DNA of 20,000 bases from an uncultured virus (IMG/VR IMGVR_UViG_3300020577_013366) (lineage: Duplodnaviria > Heunggongvirae > Uroviricota > Caudoviricetes). Where the stretch lies: the IMG/VR virus record IMGVR_UViG_3300020577_013366; one strand, 5' to 3'. How positions within the stretch are numbered: the first letter of the stretch is position 1; every line of letters starts with the position of its first letter. A program made the translations under genes and the position numbers. The notes below the pieces were generated by a model, which was not told where the DNA came from, ran no database searches, and saw nothing but the letters and a program-made list of their open reading frames with translations. Below, piece by piece: positions 7,502-16,141 of this stretch.

Positions 7502-8662
7502 ATGATCATCTCCCTGGTGTTTTCCCTCGCATCCCTCACCTCTTCCCCGGCGGCCGGCCACGTTCCCGTCCCGCCGCCCGTGTTCGCCCCGGGCTGCAAC
7601 CCGCCGGCCAACATCTGCGACACGCTCCGCGCCGACTGCCTCGCCGGCGGTGGTGACCCGGAGCGCTGCGAGCTCGTCGCCGACGCCATCTGCCCCGGCA
7701 GCCCGTGCCTGGCGAAGGACGTGGCGATCCGCGACTTCATCGAGCAGGGCCTGGACTTCGGGGCCATGGCCAAGCACATGGCGGCCGGCCTCGAGGGCTG
7801 CTCCTGCAAGCTCGCCTGTACCGACAGCGACGACCTGTCGCTGCAGATGCTGTTCTCGATCTGCCTCGCCTACCCGTCAGCGATCGGCGACGACTGCGAG
7901 GAGCCGAGCGCCGGGCAGTGTGTTGCGCTGCTCACCCTCAGCGAGGACTACTGCGACATCGACGCGTGCGAGTACGTGCAGTGCCAGCGAGACATCATGG
8001 CGCAGGGGGAGGTGTGCGCCGAGCCGCCGTCGAGCTGCGCGAAGCTGGAGGCCTGCGACGCGGCGGAGAACGGCGGCGCAACGGGTGGCCCCGGCGTTCC
8101 CCATGTCCCCGGCCCGGACGACTGGCACGTCCCGCCCCCCTCGCCGGCCTCCTGCCTGCGCCTCGCCGAGGTGTTCGTCACGCCCGTTGGCGACCCTGAG
8201 GATCGGCAGTGGGTGAAGATCGTCAACATCTGCGACGAGGAGATCTCGACGGACCGCGCCCTCGTCCGATGGACGAAGCCGGGGAAGGGCTGGGCGAACA
8301 ATGGGATCCTGCTCGCCGGCATCACCGCGATCGGCCCCGGCCAGTGCGCCATCGTCGGCGGAGGAGACTCGGTGCCCGAGAACTTCATGCCCAACATCGA
8401 CCTCCCGATCTCGTTCACCCCGCCGACGCTCGATGACGGCGCCCGCGAGGTCGCTGGCATCGGGCTGTTCGACTCGCTCGCCCCGTTCGGCACCCTGCCG
8501 TGGGATGCGGTCGCCTATGGGAAGGGGGTGGCGACCTTCCCCGACGCGCACGGGAAGTCCGCTTCGCCGGTGGTCGTGAAGATGAAGGACGGGCACAGCC
8601 TGGTGCGCAACCATGGCGGCTGGCACGACAGCGCAAACCCGTCGCCGTGCTCGACGTTCTAG
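7502..8662 (+). CDS. Secreted Cys-rich protein with C-terminal lamin-tail-like domain (myxobacterial type)
   Basis: Signal peptide MIISLVFSLASLTSSPAA, many Cys in the N-half, Pro/Gly linker, then LRLAEVFVTP.GDPEDRQWVKIVNICDEEI...GIGLF...DAVAYG typical of LTD domains. Confidence 0.75.
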   Translation: MIISLVFSLASLTSSPAAGHVPVPPPVFAPGCNPPANICDTLRADCLAGGGDPERCELVADAICPGSPCLAKDVAIRDFIEQGLDFGAMAKHMAAGLEGCSCKLACTDSDDLSLQMLFSICLAYPSAIGDDCEEPSAGQCVALLTLSEDYCDIDACEYVQCQRDIMAQGEVCAEPPSSCAKLEACDAAENGGATGGPGVPHVPGPDDWHVPPPSPASCLRLAEVFVTPVGDPEDRQWVKIVNICDEEISTDRALVRWTKPGKGWANNGILLAGITAIGPGQCAIVGGGDSVPENFMPNIDLPISFTPPTLDDGAREVAGIGLFDSLAPFGTLPWDAVAYGKGVATFPDAHGKSASPVVVKMKDGHSLVRNHGGWHDSANPSPCSTF

Positions 8663-10239
8663 CGGGAGGCGATGATCACGTCGGTGTATTCGCGCAGGTA
8701 GAACTTGGCGCCCAGCGGGCCGATCGATGCGACAACAGCCTCGTTTAGCTGGATTGAACCCGCAGAGCTGACGCGCACAGCGTATGTGCTCCCGATGGTC
8801 TTGGTAGCCGCGCTGACATTCGTCAGTGACATCGTGGTCAGGCCGTGGCTGCTGCCGCCAGTCGCGTCGTCCTCCATCTTCAGGAACATGGTGCCGGTCG
8901 TGAGCAGGTTGAACTCGCCGGAGATGACCATGTGCCGCGCCGTCTCGGGCAGCACCATCGCATCGTCGCCGACGATCGACCCCCACATATTGTAGGAGGT
9001 GGGGGCAGCGATCGGCAGATCGGCGGTGAAGACGAAGCCGGTCTTGCGCTTCGGGGCGACTCTTGCTCCGACCACGCGCTGCGTGACGAGGCCGGGTATG
9101 TCGATCGCGTGGAAGGCGGCGCCGACGTAGATCAGCGTCGAGCGCTGCCTGGTGAAGGCGCCCCACAGGTTGTCCGTGAAGGTCCCGGTGGACGCGTTGG
9201 GGTTGCCCCGCAGACCCAGCGGGCCGGTGTTGAGCGACGGGCCCGACGACGACATGAGGACGATGCAGTTGCGGGCGCCGGCGGGCACGGTCGAACTGAC
9301 GCCGGGCGTGGTGGTGTCCGAGATGAAGAGCTCCCGCGGCCCGAGCCACGAGTCGTAGCCGGCGGGGTACGGCGGCGGCGCGACGTAGGCGTGCACGAGC
9401 GTGTTGCCGCCCGGGAGACCGCCGCCCTCGTAGTTGCCGGCCGTGACGAGCGCGATGTTCGCGTTGCTCGGGATGTAGAACGGGAGGCCGTTCTCGGGGA
9501 AGGCCCCTGACATGCTGGTCGCCAGCGTCCCCGAGTAGCCGTCCGAGGCGATCTCCCAGCCGCCGCCGGCCACCCCGAAATTCTCCTGGTACGGGGAGAA
9601 GATGCTGGTCTTGTCCTCGTTGCGGTAGACGCCCCTGCGGGGGGTGAGGAGCGCTCGGCAGTGCCAGATGCGGTCCACGTTCAGGACCACGGCTCCGGCG
9701 GCGACGTAGACGTAGGCGAGCGGGATGCGGCCGGCGGTGCCGGCGGGGAACTTGGGGTTGGCGCCCTCGGTCCCCTTGGTGATGTAGACGGTGGGCGTGC
9801 AGATCTTCAGCGGGGAGAGCGGCGTCGCCACCGGAGCTCCGATCGCCGGGTCGTAGACGTCGAGGATGTCGGGCGGCCCGTCCACGTGGCCGGCGACGAT
9901 CTCGATGGCGTCCCAGCGCGGGTTGGCGCCGCCGGCGTCGAGCGTGACGGTGATCCCGGCGCTGCCGACCTCGATCCACCGGTGCTGCGAGTCGGGGTCG
10001 GGGATCGTCGCGTCGTACTGCACGCCGAGCCCGGTGCCGACCTGGACGTTCATCGTCCCCGCGACGACGGCGGGGATCAGGCCGGAGATGACGCCCGACA
10101 TGCGGACGGCATCGCCGAGGAGGATCCACCGGAGGATCTCCGGGGCGAGACGGCCGATCCAGGCGGACTGGTCGTTCAGGCCATCGCTGGTCATGCGCTG
10201 GCGGGGCTGGAACTCGTAGTGGGTGTTGTCGGCGGCCAC
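8659..10239 (-). CDS. Phage tail/tail-fibre-associated virion protein (526 aa)
   Basis: N-terminal GVISGL...MNVQVGTG...VTLDAGGANPRWDAI...KGTEGANP...IPLAYVYV pattern seen in phage minor tail/fibre attachment domains. Beta-rich G/T/S composition, downstream of baseplate genes. Confidence 0.65.
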   Translation of the reverse strand: MAADNTHYEFQPRQRMTSDGLNDQSAWIGRLAPEILRWILLGDAVRMSGVISGLIPAVVAGTMNVQVGTGLGVQYDATIPDPDSQHRWIEVGSAGITVTLDAGGANPRWDAIEIVAGHVDGPPDILDVYDPAIGAPVATPLSPLKICTPTVYITKGTEGANPKFPAGTAGRIPLAYVYVAAGAVVLNVDRIWHCRALLTPRRGVYRNEDKTSIFSPYQENFGVAGGGWEIASDGYSGTLATSMSGAFPENGLPFYIPSNANIALVTAGNYEGGGLPGGNTLVHAYVAPPPYPAGYDSWLGPRELFISDTTTPGVSSTVPAGARNCIVLMSSSGPSLNTGPLGLRGNPNASTGTFTDNLWGAFTRQRSTLIYVGAAFHAIDIPGLVTQRVVGARVAPKRKTGFVFTADLPIAAPTSYNMWGSIVGDDAMVLPETARHMVISGEFNLLTTGTMFLKMEDDATGGSSHGLTTMSLTNVSAATKTIGSTYAVRVSSAGSIQLNEAVVASIGPLGAKFYLREYTDVIIASR

Positions 10240-10266
10240 GGCGGGCAGCCTACCACGGCGCCAGGG

Positions 10267-12156
10267 TCAGCACGGCGGGGCGTTCGCGGTCTTGGACAGG
10301 ATGATGGAGAAGCCGACGCCGAACGCCCGGATGGCGTTCACCTGCTCCCAGATCGCCTGGTAGACGCCGTTGGCGTTCGTCGGGTAGCCGTCCAGGAAGC
10401 ACATGTCCGCCGCCGAGGCGAGGAACTGCTGGACCGGCTCGAGCCAGACCACCGGCCCCTCGTCGCAGAAGCCGCCGAACTCCCCATCGGCGAGGTAGGG
10501 CGCGAACACGATGAACCAGCCGTAGGAGAAGTTGTCGCTGTCGATGAGCTTCTGCTTGTCCACGGGGAACAGGTCCCCGGCCTGGTAGTAGTCCCCGAAG
10601 TCGAGGTCCGCGAAAAAGCCCGTGAGGCCGTTGCTGACGTCCCACGCGTAGCCGCGCAGGTTGAACGGCGCGAGCTGGCGGTTGACGGCGCGGCGGATGG
10701 CAGCCGGGGTCACCACGTCGGCGAGCTGCTGCACGCGGCGGCGGAGGCTCTCGTCAGACTCGCCATCCGAGATGGCGACGCCGCGCTCTTCGGCGAGAGC
10801 TCCGAGCTCGTTGTCCCGGCCACCGGCGAAGGCCTCCACCCTGGTGAGCTTGAACCCCATTTCCTTCCAGTCGCGCACCGCCCACGAGAGGGTGCCATTC
10901 TCGGGGATGAGCCGGACGGACACCATGTTGCGGATCTTGGCGGCGAGCGGTTGGATGCCGGTGGTGTTGACGACGGCGACGCGCGCGCGAAACCAGTACG
11001 CATCGACCCCGTCCACGGTGGTGACGAGCCAGCCGGCGGGGACGGTCGGGGTGATCGCTCGCGATTGGCCGACGACGTGAAAGCTCTGCGTCGCGTCGAT
11101 GAGACCGGGCACCTGCACCCACGCGCCGTTCCAATATTCCCACACCACCGACCAGTTGCCGGTGGCGGCCGTGGTGACCGCGATGGCGATGCCAACGAAC
11201 GGCTTCTGGTAGCCGAAATAGAACGCGTCGTTGACCACCGGGACGGCAGGGGCGAGCACCACATCGTCGCTGGTGTCGTCGTTGGCCTGGGTCGTGTAGT
11301 CCGTGAACACGCCGCCGTCGTCCAGCTTGGCCGACAGAATCGGCTCCAGCGTCGGGGCATCGTCCACGCTGATCGAGTGGGGAAACAGGCCCGAGTTTGG
11401 CGGGAGCTCCACTTGCGACACGTTCACATCGAGAATTCGTAGGAACCTGCCGACGTTCTCTGAATGCGCAGAGTCGATGATTTCGACGTACAGATCTTTG
11501 TGGGTGCTGGTGAACTGGTCCGGGATTCCGCTGTCCCTGATGACGCTGGGGGCCAGACCCACGGGCGGTAGGATGCTAGCGTTCTGCGAGCTGCGCTGGT
11601 CGCTGAGGTTCTGGTGATCGATGATCGACAGGTCGGGCTCTTTGTTCGGACCTGCGTCAGCCTCGAGCGTGATTAGGCCGCCGTCGTCCGCGTAGAACCC
11701 GAGGTTGCCGACTGTCCCAGGGACCATGCACCGGAAGGTGATCGACTTCTCCGGCTCGGGATCGTTGGCGACCCACCGGACGTCGTGCTCGTTCGTGTAG
11801 AGGCGCCCGCCAGGGCCGCGGAGGATCATCGCCCCCTGCGTGCCGCCCTGCCTGGCGGCCACGTAGCGCGGATCGTTCAGCATCGACATCCGCTTGATCC
11901 GCACCTGCGCGCGCGCGTACTTCCACGTGGACGCGGGCTCAGCCTCGCTGGTGCTGTGCGTCCTGAAGTAGCGCGCCTCGATCTCCCGGTAGACGTGGTC
12001 TGCGCATTTCGCCTGTGTGCGCGCCATCGCCTGATAGATGCGTCCTGCCCCCGGATTCTCCCCGGAGAGCAGTGGGTCGTAATAATCGGGCGGGGTGACG
12101 TTCTGCAGGATGCGGAGATATCCCTCGGCGTCCAGTGGTGTTTCAGGTTCGGCCAT
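10267..12156 (-). CDS. Baseplate wedge-like structural protein (P2 gpI/Mu gp48-like position) with inserted beta-sandwich domains (629 aa)
   Basis: LGALAEERGVAISDGESDESLRRRV...VTPAAIRRAV wedge-type motif; internal WEYWNGAW...DAT.SF...YWFRARV virion domain; GAGGGG SD upstream. Confidence 0.65.
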   Translation of the reverse strand: MAEPETPLDAEGYLRILQNVTPPDYYDPLLSGENPGAGRIYQAMARTQAKCADHVYREIEARYFRTHSTSEAEPASTWKYARAQVRIKRMSMLNDPRYVAARQGGTQGAMILRGPGGRLYTNEHDVRWVANDPEPEKSITFRCMVPGTVGNLGFYADDGGLITLEADAGPNKEPDLSIIDHQNLSDQRSSQNASILPPVGLAPSVIRDSGIPDQFTSTHKDLYVEIIDSAHSENVGRFLRILDVNVSQVELPPNSGLFPHSISVDDAPTLEPILSAKLDDGGVFTDYTTQANDDTSDDVVLAPAVPVVNDAFYFGYQKPFVGIAIAVTTAATGNWSVVWEYWNGAWVQVPGLIDATQSFHVVGQSRAITPTVPAGWLVTTVDGVDAYWFRARVAVVNTTGIQPLAAKIRNMVSVRLIPENGTLSWAVRDWKEMGFKLTRVEAFAGGRDNELGALAEERGVAISDGESDESLRRRVQQLADVVTPAAIRRAVNRQLAPFNLRGYAWDVSNGLTGFFADLDFGDYYQAGDLFPVDKQKLIDSDNFSYGWFIVFAPYLADGEFGGFCDEGPVVWLEPVQQFLASAADMCFLDGYPTNANGVYQAIWEQVNAIRAFGVGFSIILSKTANAPPC

Positions 12157-12655
12157 GGTCCCCTCGCTCGCGCTTGAAGTATCGCAGGAATTCGTCGCTG
12201 CGACCGCCGACGACCTCGGGGCTCGATGGCCGCACGCGCGGCGGCGGCGACGGAGCTGGCGCAGCGGCGGGCGGCGGCTCGGCCCCGGTGGGGACCGCGT
12301 GGATGCCGGGTTTCCACGGCGGCGGCGGCGGCGGAAGCAGAGCGGCCGCGGCCGCCGCCATGTCGATCGCGCCGTGACCGAGACGGAGGGCGGCGGCGCG
12401 GGCCTGCTCGTCGCTGATCACCTTGGCGCCGCGGATGTGGATCCGCGGGTCCTCGCCCGGCTCAACACCCCCGTCCGCCACGGACCGCAGACCGGCGAGC
12501 TCGTCGATGCAGTCGTAGCGCCCGAACACGAACCCGCAGTCGCAGCAGAACGCGTCGGTGATGTGCTTGCACGTGGCGTCGTAGGACACGAACTCCCGCA
12601 TGCCAACGCAATCGGGGCAGAACAGCACGCCGAAGCGCAGCAGGTGGGAGGCCAC
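12143..12655 (-). CDS. Hypothetical protein: N-terminal CxxC Zn-ribbon, Pro-rich C-terminus
   Basis: CPDC...C...CCDC...C, then PPPPPP/APAPSPPP. The stop overlaps the start of the 629-aa gene. Confidence 0.6.
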   Translation of the reverse strand: MASHLLRFGVLFCPDCVGMREFVSYDATCKHITDAFCCDCGFVFGRYDCIDELAGLRSVADGGVEPGEDPRIHIRGAKVISDEQARAAALRLGHGAIDMAAAAAALLPPPPPPWKPGIHAVPTGAEPPPAAAPAPSPPPRVRPSSPEVVGGRSDEFLRYFKRERGDHGRT

Positions 12656-12703
12656 GAGCCGAGGGTGATCGTTCGCGCGCCAACGGTCAATCGCGGTATG
12701 TGA

Positions 12704-12742
12704 AACTAAATAGTTGACACTCTACAATCGTTCTAGTATACC
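12704..12742 (+). promoter_or_regulatory. Sigma70-like promoter for the DUF932 gene with overlapping palindrome
   Basis: Most AT-rich patch of the window. Perfect TTGACA (12714-12719), 17-bp spacer, TATACC (12737-12742; imperfect -10). Inverted repeat AACTA-AA-TAGTT (12704-12715). Confidence 0.6.
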
Positions 12743-12816
12743 GATATTCGTTGCTTCGGTTGCGGCGCCGCTTCGCCGCCGGACTGGCCTTCCGCAAAGG
12801 CCCAGGAGAAATGCTC

Positions 12817-13914
12817 ATGTCACACGAAGTAGAGTCGATGTTCTCTGTTGGCGCTCGCCCCTGGCATGGTCTCGGGCACGTCCTCGCCGGTCACCCCTCC
12901 ATCGCGGAGGCCATCATCCTCGCGGGGCTGAACTGGACCGTCGAGCCGCGCCACCTGTTCACGGACGTCGTGCCGTGCGGCCACCTGATCAAGGTGCCGA
13001 ACCACAAGGCCATCGTCAGGCAGGACAACGGCGCCGTCCTCGGCGTGGTCGGCGACGACTTCACCCCGTTGCAGAACTCGGACGCGCTCGGGTTCTTCGC
13101 GCCGCTGATCGACGAGGGCCTGCTGGTGCTCGAGACGGCCGGGTCGCTCCGGGACGGCAAGCGGGTGTGGGTCATGGCCAAGGTCCCCGGCGTCCCCGAG
13201 GTGGTCGCGCCGGGCGACATCGTCGATCAGTACCTCCTCCTCTGCCACGGCCACGATGGCAGCCTCGCCCTCCGGGTCGGCTTCAATGCCGTGCGGGTGG
13301 TCTGCGCGAACACCCTCGCCGCCGCGCTCGAGCATGGTGACGGGATGGCGGTGCTGCGCCACACGGCGGGCATGGGTGAGGCGCTGGCCCAGTTTCGTAC
13401 GGTGGTCGCCGCGCAGATCCGGCACTTCCGGGAGAGCGCGGACGCGTGGCGCCTCCTCGCCTCGCGCAAGTGCGACGACGCCACCTTCACCCGCTACTTG
13501 CTGCGGGTCGCCGCGGTCGCCCGCGGGCTCGGCGACGACGAGGTCCGCGAGAGCATGCCGACCGGCAAGCTGGGTTCGCGCCTCGTCGCCGCGGTCGCTC
13601 CGCTGTTCACCGGCGGCGCGGGCAACGACGTGGCCGGGATCCGCGGGACGTGGTGGGCCGCGTACAACGCGATCACGCAATGGCTCACCCACGAGCGCGG
13701 CAGCTCCATCGGCAGCCCGCGCGATCGGGCCGAGCGGCGGTTCGAGGCGCTCCACCTCGGCGAGGGTCGGCGCCTGTCCATGCGCGCGCTCATGCTGGCG
13801 ATCGAAGGGGCGGAGGCCAGCGGCGGCGCGACGGTGCTGGCCCTGCCGCCTGGCGATGACGTGGTGATCCCCACCACCATCCCCGCGAACGCCACGGACG
13901 GCACGGCGATGTGA
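12817..13914 (+). CDS. DUF932-family phage/plasmid protein (TIGR03299-like)
   Basis: AGGAG SD 8 nt before ATG 12817. Motifs MSHEVESMFSV..PWHGLG, AGLNWTV, LGVVG..FTPLQN, ETAGSL.DGKRVW, YLLL..GHDGS, VRVVCANTL, LRHT, GTWWAAYNAIT. Confidence 0.9.
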   Translation: MSHEVESMFSVGARPWHGLGHVLAGHPSIAEAIILAGLNWTVEPRHLFTDVVPCGHLIKVPNHKAIVRQDNGAVLGVVGDDFTPLQNSDALGFFAPLIDEGLLVLETAGSLRDGKRVWVMAKVPGVPEVVAPGDIVDQYLLLCHGHDGSLALRVGFNAVRVVCANTLAAALEHGDGMAVLRHTAGMGEALAQFRTVVAAQIRHFRESADAWRLLASRKCDDATFTRYLLRVAAVARGLGDDEVRESMPTGKLGSRLVAAVAPLFTGGAGNDVAGIRGTWWAAYNAITQWLTHERGSSIGSPRDRAERRFEALHLGEGRRLSMRALMLAIEGAEASGGATVLALPPGDDVVIPTTIPANATDGTAM

Positions 13915-13921
13915 CCCGGCG

Positions 13922-13960
13922 GCGCGGGCGAGGGCGCCACGGACGGCCCCTCGCCCGCGC
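13922..13960 (+). terminator. 13-bp perfect stem-loop after DUF932 (terminator/processing hairpin, no U-tract)
   Basis: GCGCGGGCGAGGG (13922-13934) pairs with CCCTCGCCCGCGC (13948-13960), 7 nt after the stop. Confidence 0.5.
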
Positions 13961-13980
13961 TCCCGGCCCCCGAGGTCACC

Positions 13981-14595
13981 ATGCGCAGCACGTTCCTCCT
14001 CCTCCTCCTCACCCTCGCCGCCTGCGATGTCGCGGGCCGCCCTGCCGGTCCCCCGAGCGGCCCCGGCATCTACCCCGACGCCAGCACCGGCGCCCCGGGC
14101 ACCGACGAGCCCCGGCTCGACCTCGGCGACACCCCGCCGCTCCCCGACCTCCCCGCGGAGGGCACATCCGGGGCCGGGGGCGAAACCACGGGCGAGATCG
14201 CCGAAACTGGGTCTAGCTCTTCGTCTGGGGCATCTGCGGCCGGTGGCGAGACCACGTCGACTGGCGAGGCATCCTCGAGCTCGACGGGCGAGGCCGGGTC
14301 GTCCACCGGGGAGCCCGCGCCGGTCTGTGGCGACGGGGTGTGCGACCCGGCCGAGCGCGCGCCGTGCTGGTCGTGGGCGGACGGGCACTGGGGCCCGGGC
14401 TTCTGCGCGGAGGACTGCATGAAGGACCCGGCCTGCGTGGCGGTCCTGGACTGCCCCTGCAGCCCCGAGGCGGCGGCGGTCAAGTCGTGGTGCTACGCCG
14501 ACCCGCCTCCGGCCTGCTCGGCCACCGCCCCGGGCGGTGCGTGCGGGATCTCTGACGCGCTCGCGTTCTTCATGTGGTCCGCCAAGTGCGGGTGA
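13981..14595 (+). CDS. Myxobacterial-type lipoprotein with S/T/G-rich linker and Cys-rich (CGDGVCD) domain
   Basis: Lipobox MRSTFLLLLLTLAAC, low-complexity SSTGE repeats, CGDGVCDPAE..C motif like myxobacterial disulfide repeats; GAGG SD. Confidence 0.8.
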   Translation: MRSTFLLLLLTLAACDVAGRPAGPPSGPGIYPDASTGAPGTDEPRLDLGDTPPLPDLPAEGTSGAGGETTGEIAETGSSSSSGASAAGGETTSTGEASSSSTGEAGSSTGEPAPVCGDGVCDPAERAPCWSWADGHWGPGFCAEDCMKDPACVAVLDCPCSPEAAAVKSWCYADPPPACSATAPGGACGISDALAFFMWSAKCG

Positions 14596-14602
14596 GCTTG
14601 CG

Positions 14603-14637
14603 GCCCTGCGCGGAGGTGCTGGCCCTCTGCGCAGGGC
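14603..14637. terminator. Bidirectional hairpin between convergent genes
   Basis: GCCCTGCGCGGAGG (14603-14616) pairs with CCTCTGCGCAGGGC (14624-14637): 14-bp stem with one G-U and a 7-nt loop, filling the gap between two stop codons. Confidence 0.6.
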
Positions 14638-14643
14638 GCCCGG

Positions 14644-14979
14644 TCAACCCCGAGGCGCCCGCGCTCGCTTCTTGGTCCCCGCGGCGGCCAGGGCGGCCTC
14701 GATGTCGGCCAGGGCGGCGGCGTCCATTTTCGTCGCCGTCTCCGGCCAGCGGTCGGCGAAGGACTTGCCCTCCATGGCGCACGCCGCCGCCTGCTCGAGC
14801 GGCTCGCGGACGGCCGAGCGCTCGCCGATGTGCTGCTTCGCCACCGGGCTATCCGAGTCCTTCAGATCGACCAGCGTGGCGGTGACGAGCGCCTTGGGGT
14901 CCTGGGGCTTGTCGCGCGCGATGATGGTGTGCATGAGGCCGATGGCCTCGGTCACGATGAGCTTGAAGTTTTCGTCCAC
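14644..14979 (-). CDS. Hypothetical helical protein (111 aa)
   Basis: Protein-like composition, high GC3, TACCAT-N6-GTG upstream. Confidence 0.65.
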   Translation of the reverse strand: MDENFKLIVTEAIGLMHTIIARDKPQDPKALVTATLVDLKDSDSPVAKQHIGERSAVREPLEQAAACAMEGKSFADRWPETATKMDAAALADIEAALAAAGTKKRARAPRG

Positions 14980-14998
14980 GCGCCGATGGTACCCCAGA

Positions 14999-16135
14999 TC
15001 ACAGCCCGTTGATCTTCACGAGGTCAGCGCGGGTCCGGAAGGCCTTGGCCGAGCTCGTGGGATACATGTCATCGATCGGGAAGATGATGCAGTCGTCGGG
15101 AGCGAACACCGTGTCGGCGAAGCGGAGCAGCGTGGCGAAGATGTAGCCGATGGAGAGCGGCGAGCCGTTCGTGAGGAGGCCGATGTCCTGCACGAGCGCC
15201 GTCCTGATCTGCTCGCGCACGTCGTTCGTGGTGTTGGCGTTCTTGAACTGCAGCCCGTTGATCTCGATCGGCACGTAGACCGATGTCCCGCCGAACACCG
15301 CGACCGGGACCCCGAGTGCGCGCGTCTCGTCCATGACCGCGATCACGCGCGCGGCCAGGGCGGCGTTGCCGTTGCCGGCCCGGTCTGCGACCGTGACCTG
15401 CCCGCGCCACTTCGGGAGCTTCGTCCACGGGTTTAGCCGCTCCTCGGCCACGGCGATCGCCACACCCGGCACCGTCCGGGCCGCGTACTCGATCGCCGCC
15501 TTCGTCCCCTTCCGAGCCGCCGACCAGAACCCCCGCGCGCGCGCGGCGAGCTGGCCGTCCTCCTCGCGCGGAGCTCCGCCGGCTGCGGGCTCGAGGTTCG
15601 TGCAGATGAGAGTCTCGTCCTCCTCCGCGCGGTCCATGATGTCGGTGATCGTGTCCGCCAGCACGTTGCCGTCGCTGCCGGCCGTGGTGCAGTAGGCGAA
15701 CACCTCGATCGGCCCCTTGTCCCCCTCCTGGAACACGATGGTCTGCGTGGTCCTGAAGACGATCCCGTTCTTGCTCTTCGTCCCCACCCGGCTCTGCGCG
15801 GGCAGGGAGAAACCGGTGGTGCCGTTGCGGCGGAAGGACAGCATGGCCACCGCGACCTGGGCGTCGCGCCGGGGCTCGAAGTCGTCGCCGTAGCGGTCGT
15901 AGATCAGCCGGTCGAGCACGGACCCGCCGATCTTCACCGCGGTGACGAACTGGATCTCGGCCAGCTTCGTGTCCAGGTAGAGGGCGGTCTCCTCGCTCAT
16001 CGACGCGTTGACGTGACAGACGATGTTGGCGGTGCTCTCGGGCTCGCGCGCGAGCGCCACGGTGAATGGCGAGGGCCGGATGGCGATGCCGCGGAAACCC
16101 GCGTTCAGGATGTCGGCGTAGGTCGGGGCGGGCAT
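14999..16135 (-). CDS. Baseplate J/gp47-like protein
   Basis: LDRL...R.DAQVAVAMLSF.R...LPAQSRV.T...FRT...CTTAGSDGNV.ADTIT...TNLEPAAGG..REED..L.AR...GTKAAIEYAARTVPGV is the canonical Baseplate_J layout. Confidence 0.9.
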   Translation of the reverse strand: MPAPTYADILNAGFRGIAIRPSPFTVALAREPESTANIVCHVNASMSEETALYLDTKLAEIQFVTAVKIGGSVLDRLIYDRYGDDFEPRRDAQVAVAMLSFRRNGTTGFSLPAQSRVGTKSKNGIVFRTTQTIVFQEGDKGPIEVFAYCTTAGSDGNVLADTITDIMDRAEEDETLICTNLEPAAGGAPREEDGQLAARARGFWSAARKGTKAAIEYAARTVPGVAIAVAEERLNPWTKLPKWRGQVTVADRAGNGNAALAARVIAVMDETRALGVPVAVFGGTSVYVPIEINGLQFKNANTTNDVREQIRTALVQDIGLLTNGSPLSIGYIFATLLRFADTVFAPDDCIIFPIDDMYPTSSAKAFRTRADLVKINGL

Positions 16136-16141
16136 GGCGGC

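Noticed and set aside
7877..11442. Long Arg-rich or antisense ORFs 7877..10129 (-) and 9661..11442 (+)
   Set aside because: Alternative-frame or antisense shadows of the tail and baseplate genes.
12318..12332. (GGC)5 tract
   Set aside because: Encodes poly-Pro in frame; not a phase-variation signal.
13996..14010. (CTC)5 tract
   Set aside because: Encodes the Leu run of the lipoprotein signal peptide; triplet slippage would not shift frame.
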